Source: a virus
Lineage: Duplodnaviria; Caudoviricetes
Reading direction: 5' to 3' (one strand)
IMG/VR virus record: IMGVR_UViG_3300023435_000009
Length of the DNA stretch: 64,000 nucleotides
The position numbers were made by a program, and so were the translations under genes. The notes below the pieces were generated by a model. It did not search any database. It was not told the origin of the DNA and saw only the letters and a list, made by a program, of their open reading frames with translations. Positions 9,139 through 17,745 of the stretch are shown here, one piece after another. Position 1 is the first letter of the stretch; each line of letters starts with the position of its first letter.

Positions 9139-10219
9139 GAATACACACAAGATCCCATATGACGGGCCGCTGGAGTGGCTCGTGCCCCGCACGATCCTGT
9201 ACTGCACGTCGGGGAGCCGGGCCTACGGGACCAGCCGACCGGATTCGGACTATGACTTCAAGGGGGTCGCTATCCCCCCGAGGAAGTACCGGGATGGGTT
9301 CCTCCATCGATTCGAGCAGGCCCAGATCAAAGAGCCGGACGCCACGATCTTCGGGATACGGAAGTTCTTCGCCCTGGCGGCGGATTGCAACCCGAACATC
9401 ATCGAGGTGATGTGGGTGCCTAAGGAAGATCAACTGATTGTACTCCCCCAGGGCCAGTTGCTGATCGATGCCCGGTCCCGGTTCCTGAGCAAGAAGGCGC
9501 TGTATACTTTTCGAGGGTACGCCATCGCACAACTTAAGCGTATCAGGACACATCGCAAGTGGCTCTTGAACCCGCCTGACCATCAGCCTACCAGGGGCGA
9601 GTTCGATCTGCCCGAGCGGACGCTGATCCCCAAGGACCAGCTTGCGGCGGCGATGGCGGACATAAGGAAGAAGATTGACGGTTGGGAGGTGGACTTCGGG
9701 GATCTGAGTGAGTCCTCCAAGATTTACATCCAGGAGCAGGTTGCAACCCACTTGGCCGAGCTTGAGATCGGAGCGGACGAGAAGTTCCAGGCTGCGGCGA
9801 GGCTTATCGGCTATGATGAGAACTTCATCGTCCTGCTGGACCGGGAGAGGCACTACTCTGCGGCCTCCAAGAACTGGAGGCAGTACCAGGAGTGGAAGAC
9901 CACCCGGAACCCCATACGGGCGGCGCTGGAGGCGCACCACGGGTACGACACCAAGCACGGGATGCATCTCGTGAGGCTCATGCGGATGTGCCGGGAGATC
10001 CTCACCGAGGGAGTCGTCCATGTCCGGCGTGAGGACGCCAAGGAACTGCTGGCCATCCGTGATGGTGCTTGGAGCTACGACAAACTTATCGGTTGGGCCG
10101 AGGAGCAGGACGAGTCCTTAGTGGAGGTCGCCAAGGGGTCGGCCCTTCCGAAACAACCCGACAGGGTAGCGTTGGATGAACTTTGTCAGGAAATCGTCCG
10201 GTCTGTGCAGGAAGACTGA
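9131..10219 (+). CDS. Pol-beta-superfamily nucleotidyltransferase (RlaP/Nuc-transf-like)
   Basis: GSRAYGTSRPDSDYDFKGV (GS...DxD), CNPNIIEVMW, FRGYAIAQ, YDTKHGMHLVRL. Confidence 0.8.
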   Translation: MAENTHKIPYDGPLEWLVPRTILYCTSGSRAYGTSRPDSDYDFKGVAIPPRKYRDGFLHRFEQAQIKEPDATIFGIRKFFALAADCNPNIIEVMWVPKEDQLIVLPQGQLLIDARSRFLSKKALYTFRGYAIAQLKRIRTHRKWLLNPPDHQPTRGEFDLPERTLIPKDQLAAAMADIRKKIDGWEVDFGDLSESSKIYIQEQVATHLAELEIGADEKFQAAARLIGYDENFIVLLDRERHYSAASKNWRQYQEWKTTRNPIRAALEAHHGYDTKHGMHLVRLMRMCREILTEGVVHVRREDAKELLAIRDGAWSYDKLIGWAEEQDESLVEVAKGSALPKQPDRVALDELCQEIVRSVQED

Positions 10220-10287
10220 CGGTTTGTCCTGATGTCGTGGGTACAGTGTCCCTATTCAACAAGCGGCGGTGCCGCAAGGAGGAAGGG

Positions 10288-10545
10288 ATGCTGAGTAAAG
10301 ATGAACATGATATCGTCAAGGTGGCTGCGGAGTTGCTCAAGCGGGAACTGGAAGAGATCGCCCCCACCTCGCCGGATGAGAAGCCGGGCAAACTGGTGAT
10401 CTACAAGTTCGGTTCCTTCATTGTCAAGAGGGCCAAGGAACGTCAGGTTGTGAACCCGGCTGCGGGTGGCATGGTCACCGTACCTGAGCGTACCGCCGTG
10501 CGGTTCTCCGCATCCAAGACGTGGCTCAAGAGCCTCGGCAAGTAG
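10288..10545 (+). CDS. hup: HU/IHF-family DNA-binding protein
   Basis: LVIYKFGSFIVKRAKERQVVNPAAGGMVTVPERTAVRFSASKTWLK matches the HU arm motif. Confidence 0.85.
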   Translation: MLSKDEHDIVKVAAELLKRELEEIAPTSPDEKPGKLVIYKFGSFIVKRAKERQVVNPAAGGMVTVPERTAVRFSASKTWLKSLGK

Positions 10546-11575
10546 CCACCAGGGGGGTCTTCCGGTACTCCTGCATCAGTTTGAAAAGAGATGACTCTCC
10601 GGTTAGACCTCGTCCTCCGGTTCGCAAGGCACTGTCATAAGCTGTCCAGTTTTCTATCGGTTTGTCCGGCACCGTTTTTCCGTCATGTGCGATAGGGAAG
10701 CGTCCATGTAACAGTTTGAATCTGTCTACATCATCCAGGATACTGAGGATGGAAAGGGGCTTTCCTTTAAAACGTGTCTTTTTATCCCTCCGTCCGACAG
10801 GTTTTATTCGGGGACGGGATAGGGGAAGCGGATCAAGAGGTTCCCCCGGTTTTCCTGTGTCTTGGAACGTGCAGATCCGTTGGCACCACAGAAGAAATCT
10901 TGGCTGGCTGATGTTCTGTTTCATCCTGTTGATGTCCTTATGGACCCACTGGACATTGTCTATTGTGTAGGGGAGTTTTGAATCTCTGCGGTCTAGAGAG
11001 GCCGTTCCATCTGTTTTGTTTCGGATACATAGCACTAGGGGGAGTCCTGTTAGGGCACATTTCTGGTTTTGTGTGAGAAAAAGATCCCATAGCTGTTCCT
11101 TTGTTACCGCAAAGGTTAGCCCTCTTGTTCGGGCACCTGTCCGTAGGCTGGACATGTAGGCTCCTGAAAGATTTCCGATACCCCGAAAGTTTCCAAGTGG
11201 GAGACATCCACAGCTAATGGTTTTGTTTCGTTTTAATAATGCGATGAAGATATCCTTTTCACCCCCACAGTCACAGGTACAGTGGGCCATTCTCCGGGTC
11301 TTTTTGTTGCCACCTTCCAGATAGAAACTTTGAATTGTCAGTTTTCCGTACCGATCTCCTACGTTGTACCTGATGAGCCCCCTGTGTTTGCAGTGCCAGC
11401 AGCGGCTGTTTTCCGTCAACCTAATGGAACAGATTGTGAAGGTGCTGCCACAGGGACAAAGAACCTTTACTTTCTGGAAGGATCCCTTATTGGGGCTGTT
11501 GTGGTTAGGTAAGACAGTTGTAACATGCAGCCGTCCAATGACATCTCCGACTTGAAAAAGCTTTTCCTTCTCCAT
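10526..11575 (-). CDS. Free-standing HNH-like homing endonuclease with repeated N-terminal modules
   Basis: Repeats GDVIGRLHV...CPCG and GDRYGKLTI...CTCDCG; ASLDRRDSKLPYTIDNVQWVHKDINRMK; AT-rich, inverted; start chosen by GGAGAAGG RBS. Confidence 0.65.
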   Translation of the reverse strand: MEKEKLFQVGDVIGRLHVTTVLPNHNSPNKGSFQKVKVLCPCGSTFTICSIRLTENSRCWHCKHRGLIRYNVGDRYGKLTIQSFYLEGGNKKTRRMAHCTCDCGGEKDIFIALLKRNKTISCGCLPLGNFRGIGNLSGAYMSSLRTGARTRGLTFAVTKEQLWDLFLTQNQKCALTGLPLVLCIRNKTDGTASLDRRDSKLPYTIDNVQWVHKDINRMKQNISQPRFLLWCQRICTFQDTGKPGEPLDPLPLSRPRIKPVGRRDKKTRFKGKPLSILSILDDVDRFKLLHGRFPIAHDGKTVPDKPIENWTAYDSALRTGGRGLTGESSLFKLMQEYRKTPLVATCRGS

Positions 11576-11678
11576 TGTTTCCTTCTCCATCCTTTCGTTC
11601 TCTAAAGGATAGAGAAGATTTTTGGTCTGCACAAGGTCTTTTCGGGGTAGAGTACGATGAACCTTTGTTGAGGGTACC

Positions 11679-12665
11679 GTGATTAAGTCTTTCACCTTGT
11701 ATTTCAGTAGTTTTAAGATGTACGAAAACTGTTCCCAGCAGTTCCTGTGGACAAAGGGGTGGGGCAACATCGATTTGGGAAGAGGCCCCGGCAGAGGGAA
11801 GGCCCGTCCAGTCAAGAGATCGGAACACCACGCAGTGATGGGCACGGCCATCCAAGCCGTAATCGAACTTTTCTACAACGAAGAGTTATGGCGTCTGCTC
11901 CCACCAGACCAATTGCGTGACAGATTGCTGGAACTTGCCATCAAGGAAACGGACCTAGAGATCGCCAAGCGGTACATTGACTGGCGACAGGCCATTCCCC
12001 TGGAGGAGATGCGACAACTTATCCGGGACGGTGTCATGGGCTACATTCGGACGCTGAAGGCTCAGATGTTCCTCGGCCCTTACGCCAAGTCAGAAGTCGA
12101 GTTGCTGGCCTACATTAACAAGTGGAATCCGGTCGGTGGCCGGGTGGACATGATCATCCGGCGTGACGACACGGGCATCACGATTCTGGACGGAAAGAAC
12201 GGAAAGCGTTACAAAGACGGCAAAGGCGGTTGGATGACCTTCACCGACCCAGATCAGCTTCGCTGGTACGCCATGTTGTTCTACCTCTGCTACCAGAAGC
12301 TGCCCGACCGCCTGGGCTTCGTTTACTTCCGCTACCCAGCGGGCGATCCTGTCCTTGACCTGGAGGGGAACCCCACGGGGGAGAAGGAAGAGGGGGTCAC
12401 CTGGGTGCCCTTCTCAATGGACGACCTCAAGGGACTGGCCCAGCGAGCGGTGGACTGCCGGAAGGGCCTAGAGAAGGAACAGTTCGAGGCGAACCCCTCT
12501 TGGAAGCAGTGTAAGTTCTGCGACTTCGAGACCGTGTGTCCTGAGAGGATGGCGCAGAAGGAATCGAACCGGCGGAAGCCCCGAAAGAAAAAAGATGAGC
12601 TGAAGCTGACGGAATTTTCGGTTTTTACAATGGGGGCCGTTCCAAAGACGGACGGGAGCGAGTAG
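11679..12665 (+). CDS. PD-(D/E)XK exonuclease, Cas4/AddB-like with a 4-Cys Fe-S staple
   Basis: GRVDMII...ILDGKNG, QLRWYA; N-terminal Cys (YENCSQ) plus CKFCDFETVC. Confidence 0.75.
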   Translation: MIKSFTLYFSSFKMYENCSQQFLWTKGWGNIDLGRGPGRGKARPVKRSEHHAVMGTAIQAVIELFYNEELWRLLPPDQLRDRLLELAIKETDLEIAKRYIDWRQAIPLEEMRQLIRDGVMGYIRTLKAQMFLGPYAKSEVELLAYINKWNPVGGRVDMIIRRDDTGITILDGKNGKRYKDGKGGWMTFTDPDQLRWYAMLFYLCYQKLPDRLGFVYFRYPAGDPVLDLEGNPTGEKEEGVTWVPFSMDDLKGLAQRAVDCRKGLEKEQFEANPSWKQCKFCDFETVCPERMAQKESNRRKPRKKKDELKLTEFSVFTMGAVPKTDGSE

Positions 12666-12686
12666 TAGAACCGATGGGGGTGAACC

Positions 12687-12956
12687 ATGAAAGCAACCAC
12701 CGGGCAGGATCTGACGGCACTTGTTCAGCGCCGTGACACACTACGAGAGAACATCCAGCGGGTACGGGGGCGACTAGACTCGGCTCGTCAGGAGCTTGCT
12801 GACACCGAAGCGGAGTGTCGCAGCAAGAAAGTCGATCCGGACAAGATCGACACCGTGATCACCCAACTTGAGCAGAGGCTCGAAACAGAGGTAACTGATC
12901 TGTCGGCTCGACTGGAGCAGGCGGAGACCCAGGTCGCACCCTTTTTGGAGGAGTAG
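12687..12956 (+). CDS. Short all-coiled-coil protein (possible SbcC arm fragment)
   Basis: 89 aa with heptad-like L/E/Q/R pattern throughout. Confidence 0.6.
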   Translation: MKATTGQDLTALVQRRDTLRENIQRVRGRLDSARQELADTEAECRSKKVDPDKIDTVITQLEQRLETEVTDLSARLEQAETQVAPFLEE

Positions 12957-12958
12957 GT

Positions 12959-14167
12959 ATGAAATTCCAGGTCGCATTGTCGGATCTCACTGAGGCTTTG
13001 AACATCGTGGACGCAGCGATGTCTAGCGAGGCCGCAGACATGCAGGGGCATTTTTTGTTCCGAAAGTCCCAGACGGCTGGTCGTGTGGATGTGCTCACGC
13101 ATGAGCGTTGGTCACAGGCGTCCATATCTTTCGTGGCGGACGTTGAGCAGGGGGATGAGACCGCTTTCACAATCTTTGGGAAGGGTCTGATGAACTTCTT
13201 GGGTGCCGTCACATCCGAGACCCCTGATGCGCTGATGACGGTGGATTTCGATACGAAGACCTCCATCACCACGGTCTCCAATACGGCTATACCGAAGATC
13301 AACTACCCTTTCGGTACCCTTGGCCCGGACGCCTATCCTGATTTCGATAAGCGCTTGCAGGGTGCCAAGGTGACCGGGACGTGTCGTGCAGACCGTCTTC
13401 TGGGTGCCCTCGATGCTGCCAAGGGTTTCATCAGTACCGATGAGCAGCGGGGTCCGCAGAACACCGTGACCGAGTTCCGTGATGGGAAACTCATGGCCAC
13501 CACCCTCAAGACTCTTGGGATCATCAAGATGCCAGGTTTGGACAACGTTATACATCGTATCCAGGTGGGGCAGCACCTCCCGGCGGTCACGGCTTTCCTG
13601 ACGGCCTGTAAGGAGGACACCCTGGAAATGCTGGAGGCGAAAGAGGAGCCTGGAAAGGCTGCTGGGATGTTCTTCCTGCGTCGGGGGGACGGGGCGGTCC
13701 TTGGGTGGTCGCTGTATTCGAAGCCCTTCCCCAAGATCGCTCAGCCCAAGGCTGAGGATGACCGCTGGTGGAAGATCTCTCCGAAGTCCCTTGCAAACGG
13801 CCTCAGGGGTGTCCTGGCGGCGTTCAAGGGGAAGGAAGAGGCCCTGGTACGTTTCTCCCGTCCGACGCCACAGGGACCGTTGCTGTTGACGGCAGCTACC
13901 GAGACGGGGCGGAAGTCCGAGTGGGAGATCCCGGTCATGGACTCGGGGGACAACCCCAAGGCGGATCTGACTGGGATGCCCGATTCCTTCCAGCTTTCTC
14001 GGATCTCTTTGGAGACCCTCCTCAAGGCCATCAAGGACGAGACCATCACGCTGGGACTCAGCTACATGGCATCCATCAAGAAGGGCTATCTTCGGGTCCA
14101 GGAGTCACGGGGAAGCGAAGGGGATGAGTTCCTGTTCATGCTGGCTTGGTGGAGAGAAGGTGAATGA
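12959..14167 (+). CDS. dnaN: DNA polymerase III beta sliding-clamp-like protein
   Basis: MKFQVALSDLTEALNIV start, FGTLGPDAYPDF linker, LMATTLKTL, three-domain length of about 400 aa; dnaX nearby. Confidence 0.65.
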   Translation: MKFQVALSDLTEALNIVDAAMSSEAADMQGHFLFRKSQTAGRVDVLTHERWSQASISFVADVEQGDETAFTIFGKGLMNFLGAVTSETPDALMTVDFDTKTSITTVSNTAIPKINYPFGTLGPDAYPDFDKRLQGAKVTGTCRADRLLGALDAAKGFISTDEQRGPQNTVTEFRDGKLMATTLKTLGIIKMPGLDNVIHRIQVGQHLPAVTAFLTACKEDTLEMLEAKEEPGKAAGMFFLRRGDGAVLGWSLYSKPFPKIAQPKAEDDRWWKISPKSLANGLRGVLAAFKGKEEALVRFSRPTPQGPLLLTAATETGRKSEWEIPVMDSGDNPKADLTGMPDSFQLSRISLETLLKAIKDETITLGLSYMASIKKGYLRVQESRGSEGDEFLFMLAWWREGE

Positions 14168-14796
14168 CCATCCCAGTCCTGACGGGCCTTCGATCCAAGT
14201 TGGATCGAGCCACTGGGCTTCGGGATGGTGTCCGTTCCCGCCTGGTTTCCACAACCGCTGACATCAAGCAGTTGGAGGCGGAGGAGACCCTGTTGGCCTT
14301 GGTGCAAACCTTGCTGCAACAGCTTACAGACCAAGAAGTTACGGTCGGTGTGCAGGCAGTAGAGAAGCTCCAGACCGAGGGTCTCCAAGCGGTGTTCGGG
14401 GATCAGGACTTGCGGGTTAAAGCCGAGGTAGACATTCAGCGGGGCAAGGTTTCGGTGGACTTGGTCACCATCCAAAAGCACCCTGAGGGCCACGAGGTAG
14501 AGGGCCTTAGTGGTGACGCCTTCGGGGGTGCCGTAGCGACGGTGCAGTCGGTATTGTTGAGGATCATCATTCTTCTTCGCCGGGGTCTTCGTCCGCTCCT
14601 ATTGTTAGACGAGACGCTTCCGGCCTTCGATCACAACTACGTGATCAACATGGGTACGTTCCTTTCAGTTCTGTGTCGTCGGTTGGACATGGATATCCTT
14701 CTGGTCACGCACAACACGGCACTTGCCGAGGCGGCGGACCACGCCTATCGATTGGTACAGAAGGGTGGCGCTGTTAAAGTAGAGGCTGTACGATGA
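14164..14796 (+). CDS. sbcC: SbcC/Rad50-like ATPase, C-terminal half
   Basis: Short N-terminal coiled coil, signature-like FGGAVA, Walker B LLLLDE, D-loop PAFD, H-switch LVTHN; no Walker A. Confidence 0.8.
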   Translation: MTIPVLTGLRSKLDRATGLRDGVRSRLVSTTADIKQLEAEETLLALVQTLLQQLTDQEVTVGVQAVEKLQTEGLQAVFGDQDLRVKAEVDIQRGKVSVDLVTIQKHPEGHEVEGLSGDAFGGAVATVQSVLLRIIILLRRGLRPLLLLDETLPAFDHNYVINMGTFLSVLCRRLDMDILLVTHNTALAEAADHAYRLVQKGGAVKVEAVR

Positions 14797-15269
14797 CGGA
14801 TACGATCAGAACCGCCGGGCAAATCCGCCAGCAGTTGAAACAGGTGCTGTTCCGGCATCTTCAGAAGCTCCTCAAGGCCAACTTCCGCAAATCCCCGGAC
14901 ACATGCCATTACCGCCGTCAGGAGAACCTGGGGGATACCGGGATGAAGGTTGGTGTTTGCCGATGGGATGGACCTGATCGTTCAAGGTCTCCCCGAGGTA
15001 AGTTGTGCGACTCCCGTGTTTTCGGATGTGCGGCGATGGCTGGATCCTGTGGCTGGTGGAAACCCTTTCGGGGCAAGGATGATATCAAAGCCGAGTTTAA
15101 GGATCTGATGACCAATGGGAGTCGGGGGCAGATCGCTGCTCTCTATCCTGATGTTGCGGCTTTGATGTGGGTGCTGGATGGGGTCGACGTGTCCCAAGAG
15201 GTGTTGGACGCCGAGAACGAAGCGGACCCACCTGGGTTGGAGACGCCCCCTGAGCCGGAGGTACCATGA
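14793..15269 (+). CDS. Hypothetical Cys-rich protein
   Basis: Coupled ATGA overlaps; several Cys (CH, CR, CD, GC, SC). Confidence 0.6.
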   Translation: MTDTIRTAGQIRQQLKQVLFRHLQKLLKANFRKSPDTCHYRRQENLGDTGMKVGVCRWDGPDRSRSPRGKLCDSRVFGCAAMAGSCGWWKPFRGKDDIKAEFKDLMTNGSRGQIAALYPDVAALMWVLDGVDVSQEVLDAENEADPPGLETPPEPEVP

Positions 15270-15817
15270 GCAATCTGCTCCAGGTCGCCAAGTTCAACAC
15301 AAAAGTGATGAGGAAGAAGGGGGCACTACCTCTGATGGTGGAGTTCAATGTTGCCTCGGAAAGTGCCCCCTTCCTGGTGACATCCAGTCAGGCCGTTGTG
15401 TGGGTGGAGGAGGCGCATCCAGGCGATCTGGTTAAGGCAGCAGTGAGGGTAGCAACCCCTGGTGATCTGTTTACCGAGATCATTCGGGCTGTCGCACGGA
15501 GGGGCCTCGCTGACCAGTGGGGGAATGTCCATCCTTTCACCATCAAGGGATTGGAAGCGGCGATGCAGCATCTCCAGTCCTACGACTTCCACGAGTTGGA
15601 GATACTAGCAGCCCCGGTGAAGAAACAGTCCAGTCGTCCCGCTTGGTTGCGGGCACTTCCTGTCCGTCCAGCATCGTGGGTGCCCGCCAAGTGGGCCGTC
15701 GTTGTCCCTAAGGATCGGGAGTATGTTGGGCTCATTGGACACCTGGATCCCAAACATCTCGTATCCGTTGTCCACAATGCCAGCAGGGGTATGGCCATCA
15801 TCCGAACTGGACTCTAA
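15266..15817 (+). CDS. Hypothetical protein
   Basis: Coupled overlaps at both ends; RBS ggaggt. Confidence 0.6.
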   Translation: MSNLLQVAKFNTKVMRKKGALPLMVEFNVASESAPFLVTSSQAVVWVEEAHPGDLVKAAVRVATPGDLFTEIIRAVARRGLADQWGNVHPFTIKGLEAAMQHLQSYDFHELEILAAPVKKQSSRPAWLRALPVRPASWVPAKWAVVVPKDREYVGLIGHLDPKHLVSVVHNASRGMAIIRTGL

Positions 15818-16530
15818 TGTCTGGGTGGTTGGCTACCGCTTTGGAACGGTGTTCCGTCACCCCGGAAGTAGAGGACTATTTTCTTGGCAGGGGTGGCAAA
15901 GAGGAAACCCTCAGGGCGGAGGGGATCACGACCTGGACCGCATCCGACGTGCCTCTCCCTGATCAAAAGTTTCAGTTTCGGTACGGCAGGTACGGCGAAC
16001 GTCTCGACGGGATGTTGATCTGTCCGGTCCATTCCCCAAAGGGTGCTCTGATCGGATTTGAGGGGCGCTCTATCCACCGTAAGTACATCACGGACTACCG
16101 CCTTCCTGAGGAGAAATGGAACCCCTTCTTCCTGGGCACTCGGTCGGCTATGCCAGCGATCTGGGCTGGGGGCGACGTGTGGCTCGTGGAGGGCCTTTTC
16201 GACAAGTGTCCCTTGGAGTGGGCCGTGCCGCCTCAGGATGCTGTGCTGGCTACTGTTAGGGCGTCCCTGTCACGGAAGCACCTGGAGTTCCTGCGGAGAT
16301 TCTGTAAGGGCCGAGTGCATTTAGTGTATGATCGTGACGAAACAGGGCGCAAAGCAACCGTGGGTTGGGTAGATGAGACAGGCAAGCGGCGAATGGGAGC
16401 TTTGGATTTGCTCCGCAGAGCCGGTTTGAACTGTAGCGACGTGTTCTACACAGGGGGCAAAGACCCCGGTGAGATCTGGGATAAGGGCGGCGCTGTCGCT
16501 GTCCGGGCCGCATTCAACAGAAGGAGTTGA
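15817..16530 (+). CDS. dnaG: DnaG-like primase, TOPRIM core without a Zn-binding domain
   Basis: IGFEGRSI, VWLVEGLFD, VHLVYDRDETGRKA (DxD), GKDPGE. Confidence 0.75.
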   Translation: MSGWLATALERCSVTPEVEDYFLGRGGKEETLRAEGITTWTASDVPLPDQKFQFRYGRYGERLDGMLICPVHSPKGALIGFEGRSIHRKYITDYRLPEEKWNPFFLGTRSAMPAIWAGGDVWLVEGLFDKCPLEWAVPPQDAVLATVRASLSRKHLEFLRRFCKGRVHLVYDRDETGRKATVGWVDETGKRRMGALDLLRRAGLNCSDVFYTGGKDPGEIWDKGGAVAVRAAFNRRS

Positions 16531-16531
16531 C

Positions 16532-16990
16532 ATGGCTGAAATGTGGAAAGCAGGGGACGAGGTCATCACCATCGTCAAGGATCTTATTGCCAAGTACCAC
16601 CCACACCTGGCGCTCGTGGATGACGAGATCGCCGTCGTCTTCAAGGAGAAGGCGTCGACCGTGGGGACCGTGGACATCATAGGGAAGACGGGTAAGGCCC
16701 CGGCGATCCTCTCGGTGTTGGGCGACATCAAGTGGAAGTTCCTCCTCATCCTGGCGGCGGACTCCTGGAAAGGACTGTCGGACAAGCAGCGGGTGGCTCT
16801 TCTCGACCACCACCTGTGTGGATGTCGAGTGGAAGAGAATGCCCAGACCGGGGCCACCAAGTGCTTCGTGGCCCCGCCTGATGTGGCCTTCTACAAGGGC
16901 GAGATCGAGCGGCATGGCGTGTGGCGCACCACCGGGACGCCCCCCAGCCCGAACCTCATCCAGGAACTCTTCGGGTCCGACACCCCGTAA
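16532..16990 (+). CDS. Phage metallopeptidase-like protein with a degenerate active site
   Basis: IAVVFKEKA...IGKTGKA...FLLILAADSW..LSDKQRVALLDHHLCGC; HExxH position altered. Confidence 0.5.
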   Translation: MAEMWKAGDEVITIVKDLIAKYHPHLALVDDEIAVVFKEKASTVGTVDIIGKTGKAPAILSVLGDIKWKFLLILAADSWKGLSDKQRVALLDHHLCGCRVEENAQTGATKCFVAPPDVAFYKGEIERHGVWRTTGTPPSPNLIQELFGSDTP

Positions 16991-17043
16991 CCCGCAGGGA
17001 CGCATACAAAGCGTCCCGAAAAGCCAGAGGCTAAGGGGGTCTC

Positions 17044-17745
17044 ATTTCACTTGACACGAAATACCGCCCGCTGGGATATGACGATGTGCTGGGACAGGAG
17101 TCCTCCATCAAGATCCTCCGACGCTTTGTGGCAACAGGGAAGGGCCGTTATCAGTCCTACTTGTTCTGTGGCCCTTACGGCTCAGGGAAGACGACACTCG
17201 GGCGGATCCTGGCACGGGCGCTGCTGTGTGAACAGCCTACTCCCGAGGGAGATCCCTGTGACAAGTGCATCTCCTGTCAATCCATTTTGGAGTCAGGAAC
17301 ATCCTTGGATTTCACCGAGGTGGATGCAGCAACCAACTCAGGGGTGGCGGAGATACACAAGGTCGTAGAGTCCGTCCTTTACGATTCCTTCTCGGGACGG
17401 CGACGGTTGTTCCTCTTTGACGAGTGTTTCACCGAGAGCACATTGTTATTAACCCCTGATGGGTTGAAGTCGATTCGAGAGTTGGTTGAATCGGAGTATT
17501 CTGGCCAAGTGTTAGCCGCTGACTTGGATGAGGGGGATCCTCAATGGGTGTCTGTGGCAAATTGGTTTGTACAGGGTAAGCGCAAAACGGTCACGTTGAC
17601 TTTTGATAATGGTGTTGAGATCACCGTTACCGAGACGCAGAAGATTGCGACCCGGAATAGGGGGTGGGTGACAGCCCAGGATTTGACTTCCGATGACGAT
17701 GTGATAGAATGTCACGAGAGCGTCAAGGGGGTGAAGCATGGGTGA
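17044..17745 (+). CDS. dnaX: DNA polymerase III gamma/tau (clamp loader) N-terminal part fused to a split-intein N-fragment
   Basis: (M)SLDTKYRP..YDDVLGQ, YLFCGPYGSGKTTLGRILARALLC, CDKCISC, EVDAATNSGV, LFLFDE then CFTESTLL; only an ATT start at 17044 is available after the in-frame TAA at 17032. Confidence 0.9.
   Translation: MSLDTKYRPLGYDDVLGQESSIKILRRFVATGKGRYQSYLFCGPYGSGKTTLGRILARALLCEQPTPEGDPCDKCISCQSILESGTSLDFTEVDAATNSGVAEIHKVVESVLYDSFSGRRRLFLFDECFTESTLLLTPDGLKSIRELVESEYSGQVLAADLDEGDPQWVSVANWFVQGKRKTVTLTFDNGVEITVTETQKIATRNRGWVTAQDLTSDDDVIECHESVKGVKHG
17425..17742 (+). mobile_element. Split intein, N-fragment (106 aa)
   Basis: Block A CFTESTLLLTPDG; block B ITVTETQKIATRNRGWVTAQDL (His replaced by Gln); acidic tail, then stop. 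Confidence 0.85.

Noticed and set aside
17051-17368. 105-aa TTG ORF as the real start of dnaX
   Set aside because: Wrong frame; the conserved KYRP...LGQ sequence lies in the 17044/17086 frame.
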